Below are positions 1 to 12,500 of a DNA stretch of 64,000 bases, in pieces. A program made the position numbers and the translations under genes. The notes below the pieces were generated by a model, which made no database searches, had not been told where the DNA came from, and worked only from the letters and a program-made list of their open reading frames with translations. Positions within the stretch are counted from its first letter, which is position 1; each line of letters starts with the position of its first letter. Source of the DNA: Balanoglossus misakiensis (lineage: Eukaryota > Animalia > Hemichordata); the NCBI GenBank assembly GCA_040954595.2, contig CM082593.2:3985434-4049433 (forward strand), read 5' to 3'.

Positions 1-352
1 CACCCCGAGAAATCAAATGGTTCTCCCCTAGATCGGAAGCAGGGCCACACCGTGACACGAGACCACTCCCGGCAAATCAAAATAGCGTTAGCTCATTCGC
101 CACAAATGTGATGGCGTTTACCTGTCGTGTTTGTTGTACTAAGGTGTCACGGATACTTCTCCGACTTGTTTACTTAGACACTACCGTGATAGAAAACGTG
201 TCAATCAATGCTCGACATTGATTGCCAACTTACTACGGGGTGTTAAATGCATGCAAACAAGCAACGGGAAAATCACTCTGACGCACTTAAACGACTCTGG
301 CACCGTTCATTCTTCACTTGAGCGTGCGTGTTCTCTCGAAGCCAGATTAAGC

Positions 353-520
353 TCAGCAAAATTGCCTGGACAGGACGTCAGGCGCTATGGTGAATGTGAC
401 ATTTAAAACGACCATACCTTCGCTCTCCGATGAGATGAGATTTACTTTTACTTCTTCGTCATCCTTCTGATCGGTTTCTGTGTCAGAGTACGACGTGCCA
501 CTGCTTAGGTCAAGATATTC
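353..520 (-). CDS. RET: RET exon 20, C-terminal tail (3' limit uncertain)
   Basis: ccag|EYLDL matches the RET Y1015 YLDL motif; reads to TGA at 353-355 unless the donor after 418 is used. Confidence 0.75.
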   Translation of the reverse strand, partial: EYLDLSSGTSYSDTETDQKDDEEVKVNLISSESEGMVVLNVTFTIAPDVLSRQFC

Positions 521-3500
521 CTGGTTTGGAAAATAAAACACGAAAGAAATAATCGTATCACTCATTCGAAAAAATATACATAAATATTTTATCACTACAA
601 ACCCCGGAACAAACTGTTAGAAAACCTTTCGTGGTAATGAATGCATTGTGAGAAAACTCGAACAATATCGTCTTCGATGTTTGAGCATTTACGTGTCAGA
701 AACAGCCGGTTTCAAATCAGATACGAAACGAGCTCGTATAGCTACACTGTTTGTATTCATTCGAAAACTGACAGTAAAGTTGAACGATTGAATGCCAGTA
801 TTAAAATACCACGCACTTTCATCAGTGCGCACAAATTGCTTTTTTCACAATGTAATATACTCAGCCACAAGCATTACAGCATTTCGTTTAAATGTGGAGA
901 GAAACGGGCTAGTTTCTAAAGCCTTTGTCAATTATCTGTCGTATTTACAATTTCGAAAGATATGTGCTTAAGCGTTTTTAGATATAGTAAAACCCCTGTA
1001 TGTTATATCGTAGAGTTTGTTCCTTCAACCCATTATCAGAGAATATTCTGCTTTCAAGAGCTTTCCGGCACCTAAAAGACGACTGATTATAAATAGATGT
1101 AAAATGATTTTGTGTACACAGTTTCTCGTGTGCGATTATGAAGTAAGTATGCACCTCAAGGCAACTTCGGATTATTCTGTAAAATGGATCACCACGCAAA
1201 ATGTTGAACAAGAGAGCCAAATTGTCTCAAATTTAAAATTCAAAATGGCTGCCAGGAGTCTCGTTGTTATGAAGAAAATTGTAATAATTTTTGTGTGATA
1301 ACAATATGGTGACTGCTCAAAAGCGACAAGTCTTGAGGACTGTCTTTTTCGACAATCTGTCCCGGAGGTGCGTACTGCCATTAAAGTCTTTCATATCATA
1401 CCCGATTTTGTTCAAGCATCTGTTCAAAGAATCTGCCAATCTCTGTAAATCTGGGCCTTTCTTCTGGGCGTGTCCTCCAACACCGTAGCATTATGTCATA
1501 GCTGAAAACAAAAACGGAGAAGAGTAAATAATAATCATATTATTTGTATAAAACAACGATTATAGACAGATAATCAGATTTATATACATGTAATTGTATT
1601 TTATTGTAATTTCAGACCGCCATCTACGGGGTGGTATTTCATGCAATTGTGCCTTAGAGGGGGGTCGCATAATCGATCTGCCTCTTGCCTATTTCGCCAA
1701 CAACTCAGCTGACAGCATTGGGTTTCTCGCTCTAGTTTTTTCACGTTTCCTACGATTTTAAGGCAAGTTCTTTTACGTCTTAGGTTTTCGGCCCTTCGTA
1801 AGAGCTTAGGGAACCCACTTACAGAATTTTGGCAGTCTTTTAGCAGGTTCACACTGGGTAAAACGTCTCAGATTTGAGACGCTTTTGCCGGTCAGACCTG
1901 ACCAGGTGCAAGGATGAACAACGTGACCTCTCCGCAACCCATTGTCTATGGGACTGAGCCTCAGTGCCTATAAATAAACTGTGTGTGTGTGGACACAACG
2001 CGACTCAAAGGATTAATGCTCTGTGTTTACCATTGGCAAATAGTGCCTCAAATTTTACCCTGTGCGAACCTGGTATAAAATTCTCCTATTAATAGTATTA
2101 ATCTCGTTTTTACAGTTGAACGAATCAAGTCAAAATAAGCTTAAGTTTGATTATTAAGAATCTCGACAAAGTTTCCCAATTCCAATTTCGTTTTATGGTT
2201 TCAGCCTAATTGGTGGTTTATCGAATGCAGACAAGTAAATTATAAATTCAACTCATTCCCGCAGCACAACCAATTTTTTTCTTAGGTTTACAAAATCGAT
2301 AGTCAGCGAAACCCAGCAAGTGGAATGCTCAAATTAGAAAAAAAAAACATAAAATACCCTACGTGTGAGGAAAGACTGTGAATAAATTGATCAACATCTC
2401 AATTATATTTTTAAGTCTGGTGGTGGCCTGTTCACCCCATTCGAAACCTAAAACCAGTTTGACGGAACGGAGACACTGTCGATCGTTCAACTGACTTAGC
2501 TGTGTATCGAAGACAGCCGTGTAGAAAATTGACGTCGAATTCAATTGCGAGGTCGATGAACAAGAGCAGACTTACAACTCATCTGAACAGTTGTCCGGTT
2601 TCTCCATCCTGTGGCCAGACTTCAAAATATGAAAGAGTCGTTCAGGGGGAATGCCAGGATATGGAGTAGCACCTGAAAGGATACGACAAGCAAACAATAT
2701 TATCCCTGGGCCCTCGTTTTCACCTGTCGTCGTGTCAATAATCTCTACATTTCTGTATGGGACCAACACGCCTTTTGTTGGAATGGCATAGCGGCCCATG
2801 GTGGCTGTCACGACAGTCTATACCCCTTTTGACATTTGGAGAACATAAATGTCACGTTTTTAGCAGACAGTGTAGATTTGTTTTGTTTTCAACAAAATTG
2901 GTTTAAGGAAAACAAAGCAAAACGGCAGCAATATGTATAAGTAATAGCTACAACTGAAAATGACACCATCACGAATAAACATGGGCGTAGCTCCCAAGGT
3001 TGACTCTATTGCAAAGTGTCTATACGTGGAAGTCCTATTTCGCCCGCAAGACAAAAATTGACTCAAGGTAATTAAATTCTAAATGTTGCGTATGCATATG
3101 AATAATGAACGTTGTCTATATGTAATTTTAATCTGCGTACCAAACAATTGCTTGTAAATTGTGCAAAGGATTTACTGACGGATATTACTAATTTATAGAT
3201 AATCGCAAGCAAAACAGGCTGCTATCAACCACCTGTACGGGGCAGATACATGGGGGAGGGAACTAGCCCCCAGGAACGGAAGTGTGGTTCGAGCCTGCAC
3301 CTGTAAAGCCCGGTACCATCAATTCAAAACAGCCATTATGGATACATGAGGTCGCCTTGTTGCTTACATTGCATTATAATGCTAAACCCTAACTGTGAAT
3401 CTCCCCGACCAGGCACGAGATGAACCCACTCGAACATTGTTGATTGTGCGAATAGCATTAATCCCGGCGCGCAGTCGGAGGTGGTTGATCGTGACTGCCG

Positions 3501-6500
3501 CCTACAGGAACTAATCTGCCCCGCTCCGCATGAAATCGTGACATGGGCTGCCTCGTATTTGTAATCTTCTTGAAATCGCAATTACTCACCGAGTGTAACT
3601 ATTTCCCAGAGTAATACACCGAACGACCACCTGTGATTGAATCAGAGGAGAGTGTTCGTTAGTTGGTGACGTCACTATAGACACAGAGACTACTAGAAAG
3701 GTTGCCGCGTGGCTGCAGTGTAATTAGAAGTGCCATATTCTGTCAGAGAGAATGCAATTCTTTGTGGTGGGGTGCTGTATACTTACACGTCACTCTTGGT
3801 CGTGTATATTTGGTCATACAAAGATTCGACGGCCATCCACTTTACAGGAATTCGTCCCTGTGCAAAAAAATATACACCGGATATTATGAATCCATGAAAA
3901 CAAAGACACGGTCAACTTTAAGGAAAATCAAATCACGATGAGGGGAACTACGAGTGTTGAGGACTCATTGACGGTTTCAGTTGATGAATGATTTGCGTCA
4001 TATGTTAGCATAGTATCTTGAAAGAGGAAGGGTACCCGTCCAAAGACACCCACATGGCTACACTAAGAAATGCTAGCACGCAAATTAGTATACGAATTTC
4101 TCGACGAATCACTCCAAGTGCTTTACTCGATCGACGTCACAATGGCTACTGTGCAAAACGCTAGATGGAAGATGCGTAGACACGGCATAACAGCAGGAAT
4201 TTCGGAATAGACCAAAAACAAACAAACAAATTAAATTTTAATTATCAGCCCCAAGCGATATATCTTGGCGTACTGAGCTATTTTTTTTTAGGAAACCATG
4301 CAAGACGATTCACCTGACAACCGAATGGAGTCAACATATTCGCGACAGGTGGTGCGCGCTCGTTGAATGTGAAATGTATTGGATATGGAAAAAGTACAGT
4401 CAATCAAATGCGATGTCAATGAAACAGAAGGCCAAAAGTCATTTTTCGTACCCTGTGTGCCTGACGATAAAAATTTATTTCAATTGACGTCATTATTTTA
4501 GAATTAATAGCCTATTATACTGAAATAAGCCCAACGTTTGCCTCGCTTAAATGTCTCGCAATATGTAAATTAGCTGATCCTCCTCAGAAACCGCACGTAT
4601 TTCACATGAACGCAATGAGTATTGACGATTGGAGAGTTTTTGAGTGGCATCTTCAAAGACACCGAATATCTGACAGTCTCATTTAGATCAGTCAGAAAGC
4701 ACGCTAAGATGCATATCAGTTACTCGACTGTCGCATCGTCAATCGTATTGCTTAATGACCGTGACTAGATGTTGCCATTTTAATATAACCCGGAAGTTAA
4801 TAACTATGCTAAAAAATGTTTACCTTTTTTGACCACTCAGTTTATCAATATTGACACTGCTAATTTCGATTGCTCCTAAATATTTCAGATTTAAGAAATG
4901 TTACCTTGCTTTTCTTGAGATAGGCGTCGCTCTCGTAAATGTCTCTTGTTAATCCAAAGTCGGATATCTTCATGATTTTCCCCTCGGCAACAAGGACATT
5001 CCGACTTGCTAAGTCTCGGTGTACCAGCTGAAAGGATACATGACACAATCAAATGTCAAGAGCATATTTTATTCATGGACACATGTGTGCCGTGGTGGTG
5101 GTTCGATATTCATACCCAAAGTACAGGCAATTGAAATGATGTAATCTGACATTCAGTACGAACGTTTGAAGGACGATGTGGACGAGATATATCGTTCAGA
5201 TGGAGTAAATGAGATGTCAGACTGATAACTTAAAAGTAAGCACGAACAGAACACACACATACATACATACATACATACATACATACATACATACATACAT
5301 ACATACATACATACATACATACATACATACATACATACATACATACATACATACATACATACATACATACATACATACATACATACATACATACATACAT
5401 ACATACATACATACATACATACATGTGAGTAACGGATCATTGGAGTAATAAACTTTTACTTAAAACTGATGATTTATATCGTTCCATATAATATACGACC
5501 TCGTCATTTTGCATAAAGTGCCTTCAAGATGGTCGAATCGAAGTTTGACATTCAGGATTAGTTTATATGTGTGGGCGTATTGATAAAACGAAATCAGCGG
5601 TAAAATTTATGTTTCTGGTAGGTGCCTTCTTGCAACTGCTTGCTGTAATGTAGGTCATATTACAGTTTATAGCATCACGTTAGAATGAAAATAAACGTAA
5701 TCGCGTTTTATTCCCAGGGCCACGACATAATGTTCCTAATTCAGCGCTACGATAACAGTATAATAACACGAACGTGTAGATGTGTTATATGTGTTTGGTA
5801 TGTTTGGGATTTTTCTTAGCAGGATTGGTGTCTGTTTCTGGCTACTTGATCGTCAGATTTAGTTATGATTAGAGAATGTTAGTCTTAATGAAGATCATAA
5901 ACCTTACAAAAGTGTATGATTAAATTAGGGCTAATGACATAAGTACATTCGCATCATGAGATTTGCTCATTACCTTCATATCTGCCAGATACTGCATTCC
6001 TTTACAAATTTGCCATGAAAATGACACCAAATCTCTCGGTGTGAGTATGTCTTCAACCGGAGAGTCTTCGCCGTCAATTTCTGCATTATATTGGTCTTGG
6101 ACATACAGAGTTTCCAATCGTCGACACTCACGCAGGTAGTTCCGAAGTGAGCCATTTTGACAGAATTCGGATATCACATACAAAGGACCTATGAAATACC
6201 AAAAATGTGGTTGTAATGCGATCAAATTACTAGTATATACATGTTCGTGCACAGTGTAGGTTATCGCTCTAGATGTATTGTATTGTATTGTATTGTATTG
6301 TATTGTATTGTATTGTAGTGTATGGTATGGTATGGTATGGTATGGTATGGTATGGTATGGTATGGTATGGTATGGTATGGTATGGTATAACATTTTACTA
6401 CATTGTATTGTATTTATTGTATTATATGTATCGTATTTTAACGCACCTTTTTGTGTACAACATCCCAATAATTTTATCACATTAGGATGATTAACTTGTT

Positions 6501-9500
6501 TTAAAAGGGTTAATTCCGTGATCAAATCCCTCAGTTCATTATGTGATGAGCAATCTGTATTTCGAAGAAAAAAAAGGAAGACATAAAATGCAGTCATCAA
6601 AATGTCATAGCTAAAATAATGTTATCAATTAAAATGCAAAGTGTAGGTTCAGAGATTTCAAGTTGTGGGGATGGGTGGTCAATTCTGCTACGGGGAGTCT
6701 GGAATGTCTGACAACACTGATATTTTGAACGTCGGTATACAAAGCTGATGGAACCCCTTACTGTTCAAGGTTGACGTCAATATTGTAATATGTTACTTTT
6801 TAACCTGATAATGTTCATGCTAATCATTGGCTAAATGCAAATTTTCGTAGCAAAAAGGGTTAAATTAAACATTGTAATGCTTACGTTTCACCATTTTCAC
6901 CGCAACAGGTGTGTATCCTGTAAGACCGCGTATATTTAACGCTTGGGCTCTGATCACTCGACCAAATTCTCCTTCGCCGATCACCTTCTCAAATAACAGG
7001 TTTGATCTTGAGAATTCCCATTTCGGATCATACTTTTGGGAAACGAAAAAATAAAGAAGTGTTACCTACGAAAACCTTCATTTGAATTGGAGTAAGCCTA
7101 TGATCGTGTATAAAATATCTGGGTTTTGGGATTCTACGTATACCCATACAGAATACTGTCACGGAATTGCTAGGTCAACGCCGCACACAAGACTCATATC
7201 TCAAGAAATGCGACTTTTTCCTGATTCTCAGCCTGAGACACCCTGTAGCAAGAGAAACTGTCAATTTCCCACGATTGGGGCGGAGCTGTATCACGTGGGC
7301 TTGTTGCGTGTATAGTGACTCCCTAGCTCGACATCCAAAAGCACACGAGACATGGCGGTTGAACAGTGAGGACCGTGCTCTCGGTTGTAGCGATCTGAAT
7401 TCGTACTTTACCCCTATCCTTCTTATATTTTCGTTCAACCCTTTCTCCACGTTTGTGGGAACACTTTTTCTGTAACCTCTGAGAGGTTAAGTTGTCTACG
7501 GATCGTAATTCCGAGGTATTTCTTGGTATTTGTGTGAGCGTAACGCTCAGGTCGGTCGGTCAGCAGTTTGATACACTGCAAGCACGTTCTGCCGTGCGCG
7601 AGGTATATCGAATCAGGACTTGTAACGGACCGGTCTACGCCGACAAGGCTCGATCGTGTTACGTTTACGCTATTAGGTTGAGACTAGTTGGCTGTTTGGT
7701 CCAAGGTTCGTCACTCACTAAGGCTTGACAATTTTTTGGGACCTCAGTCCGACATAATTTCCGTTACATTGGTGGCATTGCGGGGTCAAATTTATGCTGC
7801 TTGTTCGTTCAGTCTGCGTTTTGCAGCTGTGGACTTTCCTTGGGTGTTGCTTCTATTGTTCTTATACATTGTTGAATAGCGTTATCGATTTTTTTCGTCT
7901 AGTGTACCTCGCACGTGCACTGTAGTACAATGGAGAAATTCCGACATAGCAATACAGAAAGCGCGTGAAACACTGATAAAAAGCCATCGGCCGGCGCACC
8001 TTTCTATACAATCTACGTCATCACTCTTCGGGTGAATGCTATAAATTGCCTTTAAAATATCTTTGAATGCAAGGAACGCTATTTTTATTGAAAGATTTAT
8101 AACAACCCGCACGCAGAACACTTTCGAGGTCAATAAATTAGCCTACTTTATATTTGAAAGAAATATACTGTGCTATTCTTCTTCTCTGACTCATTTTGAG
8201 AAATTATCGTCAAGAATTTGAACAGATGGCAATTTTGATAGTAGTTGAAGTTTACAGTCGTCGTGATCAAGTATCCTTTTAGTCCTACAATGGGATAACA
8301 CTTATAAAAAAACTGATTCATGTACCAGTTTGCATCTTACGTCAATTTTCATCGATCGGGAGTGCCCTGTCATCCAATTCTCCGGGACCTCCTGAACCAA
8401 GGCCGGCGTATCATCCAGGTAGTCGGATGGAATCGCGCTAATTGATATGTTACTCCCGACTTCCTTTGCGTTGTATTTCTTCGGGCTTCTCCGTCGCTTC
8501 TTCCGGTGGTTGTATCTCAAGGTGATGATTGCCACGATGATGATTACCGATCCCGAACTCACACCTAATGAAACGAGCGTTTTGCAATCGCTGTCACAAG
8601 CGGGTGGTATCGAAACCACTTTGTCGACTGAAAAAAAAGAAAACAGCCAGCAGGTTAAAATATGATACACAAGGGTTCATGTATGCATCAGTAATCGCGC
8701 AAAACAGCACAGCAAATGATATCACAATGGAAACGAAGGCACAGTCGAGATGCTAAATGAGTCGTACGAACGTGACGATTGATGAGACGATTTGCCTGCG
8801 TAGCCAAACGCGTTCTTTCACTGCATTCATCGTATACAATCACTCCTTTATCTCCTAAATCCCACTGGCTCTAAGGCCGCCAGTGTTGCTGCAACAACCG
8901 AGGTGATTAATCTCCATATACAGTCATGCAAAGATTTCACTTCGAGCCAAGACGACGAGTGACATTTTCAGTGACACAATTAAATGTTTGCCGTGCTTTA
9001 AATTCAGACTCAGTACACGCCCCTGGCACATAAATGTGTGTCCAGCGAAAGAACTATTAAGCAAAGAGGAAGCACGTGGACTCTTTTTTCGTTTTATTAA
9101 AGAATTAGTCGCGGGGATTATGCAGAGACCCTATTGACCTCTGAAGAACAACGAGGTATCAGTGCGCCTCGTTATAAAGAAGATAAATCGATCATTTAGT
9201 TCTCCTTACCCGGTATTTCAAGGTCTTTTCCGGCATTAGGAGTAATGTTCTGTATCTCCATGTACGTCGCCTGTCGTTCCACGCCGATCGCTTCAAACGT
9301 TGACGATGACGAGGGCGAGAGCTTGGGAGCCAGTGGGACGCAAAAGCATTCCTGACTGGTGGTGCAGTAGCATATCCCTTTCGCCATAGTAATCCCTCGC
9401 GCTCCTTTCTGATTTGAATCGGAATGGATCGGCCCCGAAACCTTGGACCTCTCTGAAAGTAGACCAAGGAAGAATTATAAATCATGTATAAAGATGTTAA

Positions 9501-12500
9501 TTTGTATCGATTGGTAATTAACCCATCAGCCCTCTCCTCAAGAATAGTTTCATTGCTTCTTCCTAACGTGCATAAATGTATGCATGAACCAACAGATTGA
9601 ATGTGTCAGTTGTAACCTCTACCAATTTTGCACTCGTATGCCAAATGCCAACTGTATTACGCGAACATGTGTCCTATGTCAGTAAGACGAATTATAGCTC
9701 ACACGATGTGCATATTAAGTTGTTATGCGTTACTCATGTCTGCTTTCTGCCTTGTTGAATTTAGAATCTGCCCAGTTTTGTCACGAAACCTTGGAAAAAA
9801 AAGCACCTGCAGGTTCAATACTACTAACCCACACAGTCTTGTAAACAAAGTTCCGGGTGTAGGCGTTCCCAGTCATCACATATTTTATTCGGGCAAGTTG
9901 CAGGGAATGGAGTACACGTGGAATAATGCATTCCCGATCTTCTGTTTTCCCTCCACACGCATTTACCCGTCGGGGATCCAATACCACACGCTCTTTCGCA
10001 CTCGTCTTTTCTGTCAAAGGTTGAACATTGCCTCGGCTCTGTAATAAAAAAGTAACGGGTTTTGGTATTGTCCTGGAATATTATTTCATAAAATTCTATT
10101 TCAGTGTCAAAATTTTCCGATCTTAGAAAATGAGTTCTGGACATTTGTTTAAGACATAGTAAATTTTGCTTGGCATGCAAAATAATTTTTATAAATATCT
10201 CCTAATGTATTTTTTACCAATTGGAATGTACACACTGAGAATACGTGTATGTGAGAGTAAGGCTTCGTGATTTAACATTTGACTTCACCGAGTATATAAC
10301 ACATTGTTAAGTGATACCTGTTGGACCAGAAGAAAAAGTCATCCGCGAATTGGGACGAAACGTTATCACTACATCCGATACCTAACTGCAATTCATTACA
10401 CACAAGGTACACGCCGCAGTTCTAGGATATCGTTTCTCGCGGACAGCCAAGAATTGAATTAGGAAGATATAAGATCTGGTTTGCCACGGTAATCAGGGAA
10501 ATGAAGCTTGCTCTGATATTTAGAGTTGATGGAGTCGGGAGCAAAGAGGGGGGATTGCAAAATAATCACTTACCACAGTTATCAGGGATGGTTTCTGCTG
10601 GTTAAAACAAGATAAAGTAAATTCCGTTAGAAACATAGGATAAACCAAAGTCTTTCTACCACAGGGTCCGGAGTGTAAATCGGGTTAATTGCATTGATTT
10701 GGTGCCATACACGCGCTTTTCTTTATCTCTGTTTATGTAGGGGCGATTTCTGATAACCAAGTCAATGAGAACATGTCTTTGGCGTGCCTCCATGTCGAAG
10801 TAGAATGGAGTAGCTTAGCTATAGAGTAATCGTGATCTGAAGAATGTCAGAGTGTCAGTATGAAGTAACACAATTTCCAAACAGGGTCTGTGCAGATGAT
10901 CGGTATAGGTTAACTCACCTGATTTTACGATTTGTATTGTGACGTCACTGCGTGCACTGTCGTCCCCATTAGTCACCTTTACGGTAAACGTAATTGTGTC
11001 GACTGTAACATGACGCAGTGCCGTTGAATTCGACACGTAAATGACGCCGTAGTTCGGCTCCATCAGCAGTCCAAACTGACTGGCTATAACGTCAGCGCCT
11101 GGCCTGATGATTTCGTAGGAAAATGGCTGGTCGCTTACAATACTTGTTGGCAAACTTGTCTTTAAAACCTGCAATTAATGAACACAAATTCTGTACTCTA
11201 TACACGTGCAGCCTGCGACGAACACAAATTGATTTGGATGAGAAACACGTAACGTCATAAGGTGAAAAGTTAGCGTTGTGTCACCCTTGAATATACCCTT
11301 ACATTCAAACTGACTATACGGTAGTCATTTTAGCTTTCCTTCAGCAACACAAATTATTATCCATTTTCAAGTTACACTCTTCAGGTATATTCCTATTACC
11401 TATGTGCAAATTGAAAGCTATTCCAAATACCATAACGCGGAACCAAATTAGAAAAGTAATCTTTGCAGCAGGTAATTAAATTACGTGCGTGTGTCGACGT
11501 CTGTAAACATTTCTACCACATATCGAACTATGCCTTACCGATTCCATGCATTCTAATCTACGTTTTACTTAATAAGGATTTGTAAATCGAGACAACTCAA
11601 TATAAGTTTAGATTACCTGATCATGTAATCGCATTTAATTACTGCTTCCATGTTACGTATATCTAAATCGGAGATTGATAATTACAAAGAAGCTGCAACG
11701 AGATACGTTTTTCTATCGTACTAATTATTTTTCTAGAGATTAATAACTTATTAGATTGGTGTGTTCATTTGGAAGAGGCTGCTTATCCTCTGTTGCTATT
11801 GTAAAGTCACACACAACAATTCGAACTCGCTCAAGCAAATATACCAGACAGGATATGCATTATAAAGAGTGTGTTTTCTATATACAAAACCACATGTTAA
11901 TTTAGGAAATAAGCCACACATATGCAGTGATGGTCACGTAATTCCTAATTCTTGTAATGTCACAGAATATTCTAAAGTAATGAGATATTCTTCGACAGAG
12001 TACATCACACAGACCCATTCTCTGCCCGCACTGAATTAAACGTGGTATGTTAAACGTTGTTCTTACTGGGTAAGATATCACGTGAAACATTAAGCAAAGT
12101 ACATTCGTGCCAAATGCAGGTCGCTCTGACAATGGGCACACAATTACTTGAATAATATCCACAGAGAGATCAAGTATAATGCTCAGAGCCCTATGGTGAA
12201 AATGACCTGCTCCGCATAGAGCTTGTATAAGTACTGTACAGTAATCCCCCTTTCCCCGTGACATATAACACACATTCGCCCTGAAAATGATGCTCTTTTG
12301 GATTAAACTGAGATAGGCACTGAATCTGATTTCGAATTTTCGTTAAAACTACTTTGTTAATATTTCACGGACGGCTTCCATGTATTATTTCCATCATGAT
12401 AATGTAGAATGTATCCCTATTTGAGCCACAGGTGAAATTCCCATCTTAAACACTGGTGAAGCCTTGGTTGGCAATTTTTGTACACTTTTGCATTGTTTTT

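Noticed and set aside
1-31. Fragment resembling an interspersed repeat end
   Set aside because: Cut by the window edge with no second copy here to compare.
3286-3295. GGTTCGAGCC B-box-like word, possible tRNA or SINE
   Set aside because: No A-box at suitable spacing and no cloverleaf could be folded.
5153-5448. ORFs of MYVC or HTYI repeats
   Set aside because: They are translations of the (ACAT)n microsatellite in an intron.
5920-6600. 226-aa ORF with a YHTIP repeat inside kinase sequence
   Set aside because: It is RET exons 13 and 14 read through a 258-nt stop-free intron with normal splice sites; retention would disrupt the kinase N-lobe.
11473-11483. TAATTAAATTA paired-homeodomain (Phox2-type) palindrome in a RET intron
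   Set aside because: A single all-AT word is expected by chance in this composition.
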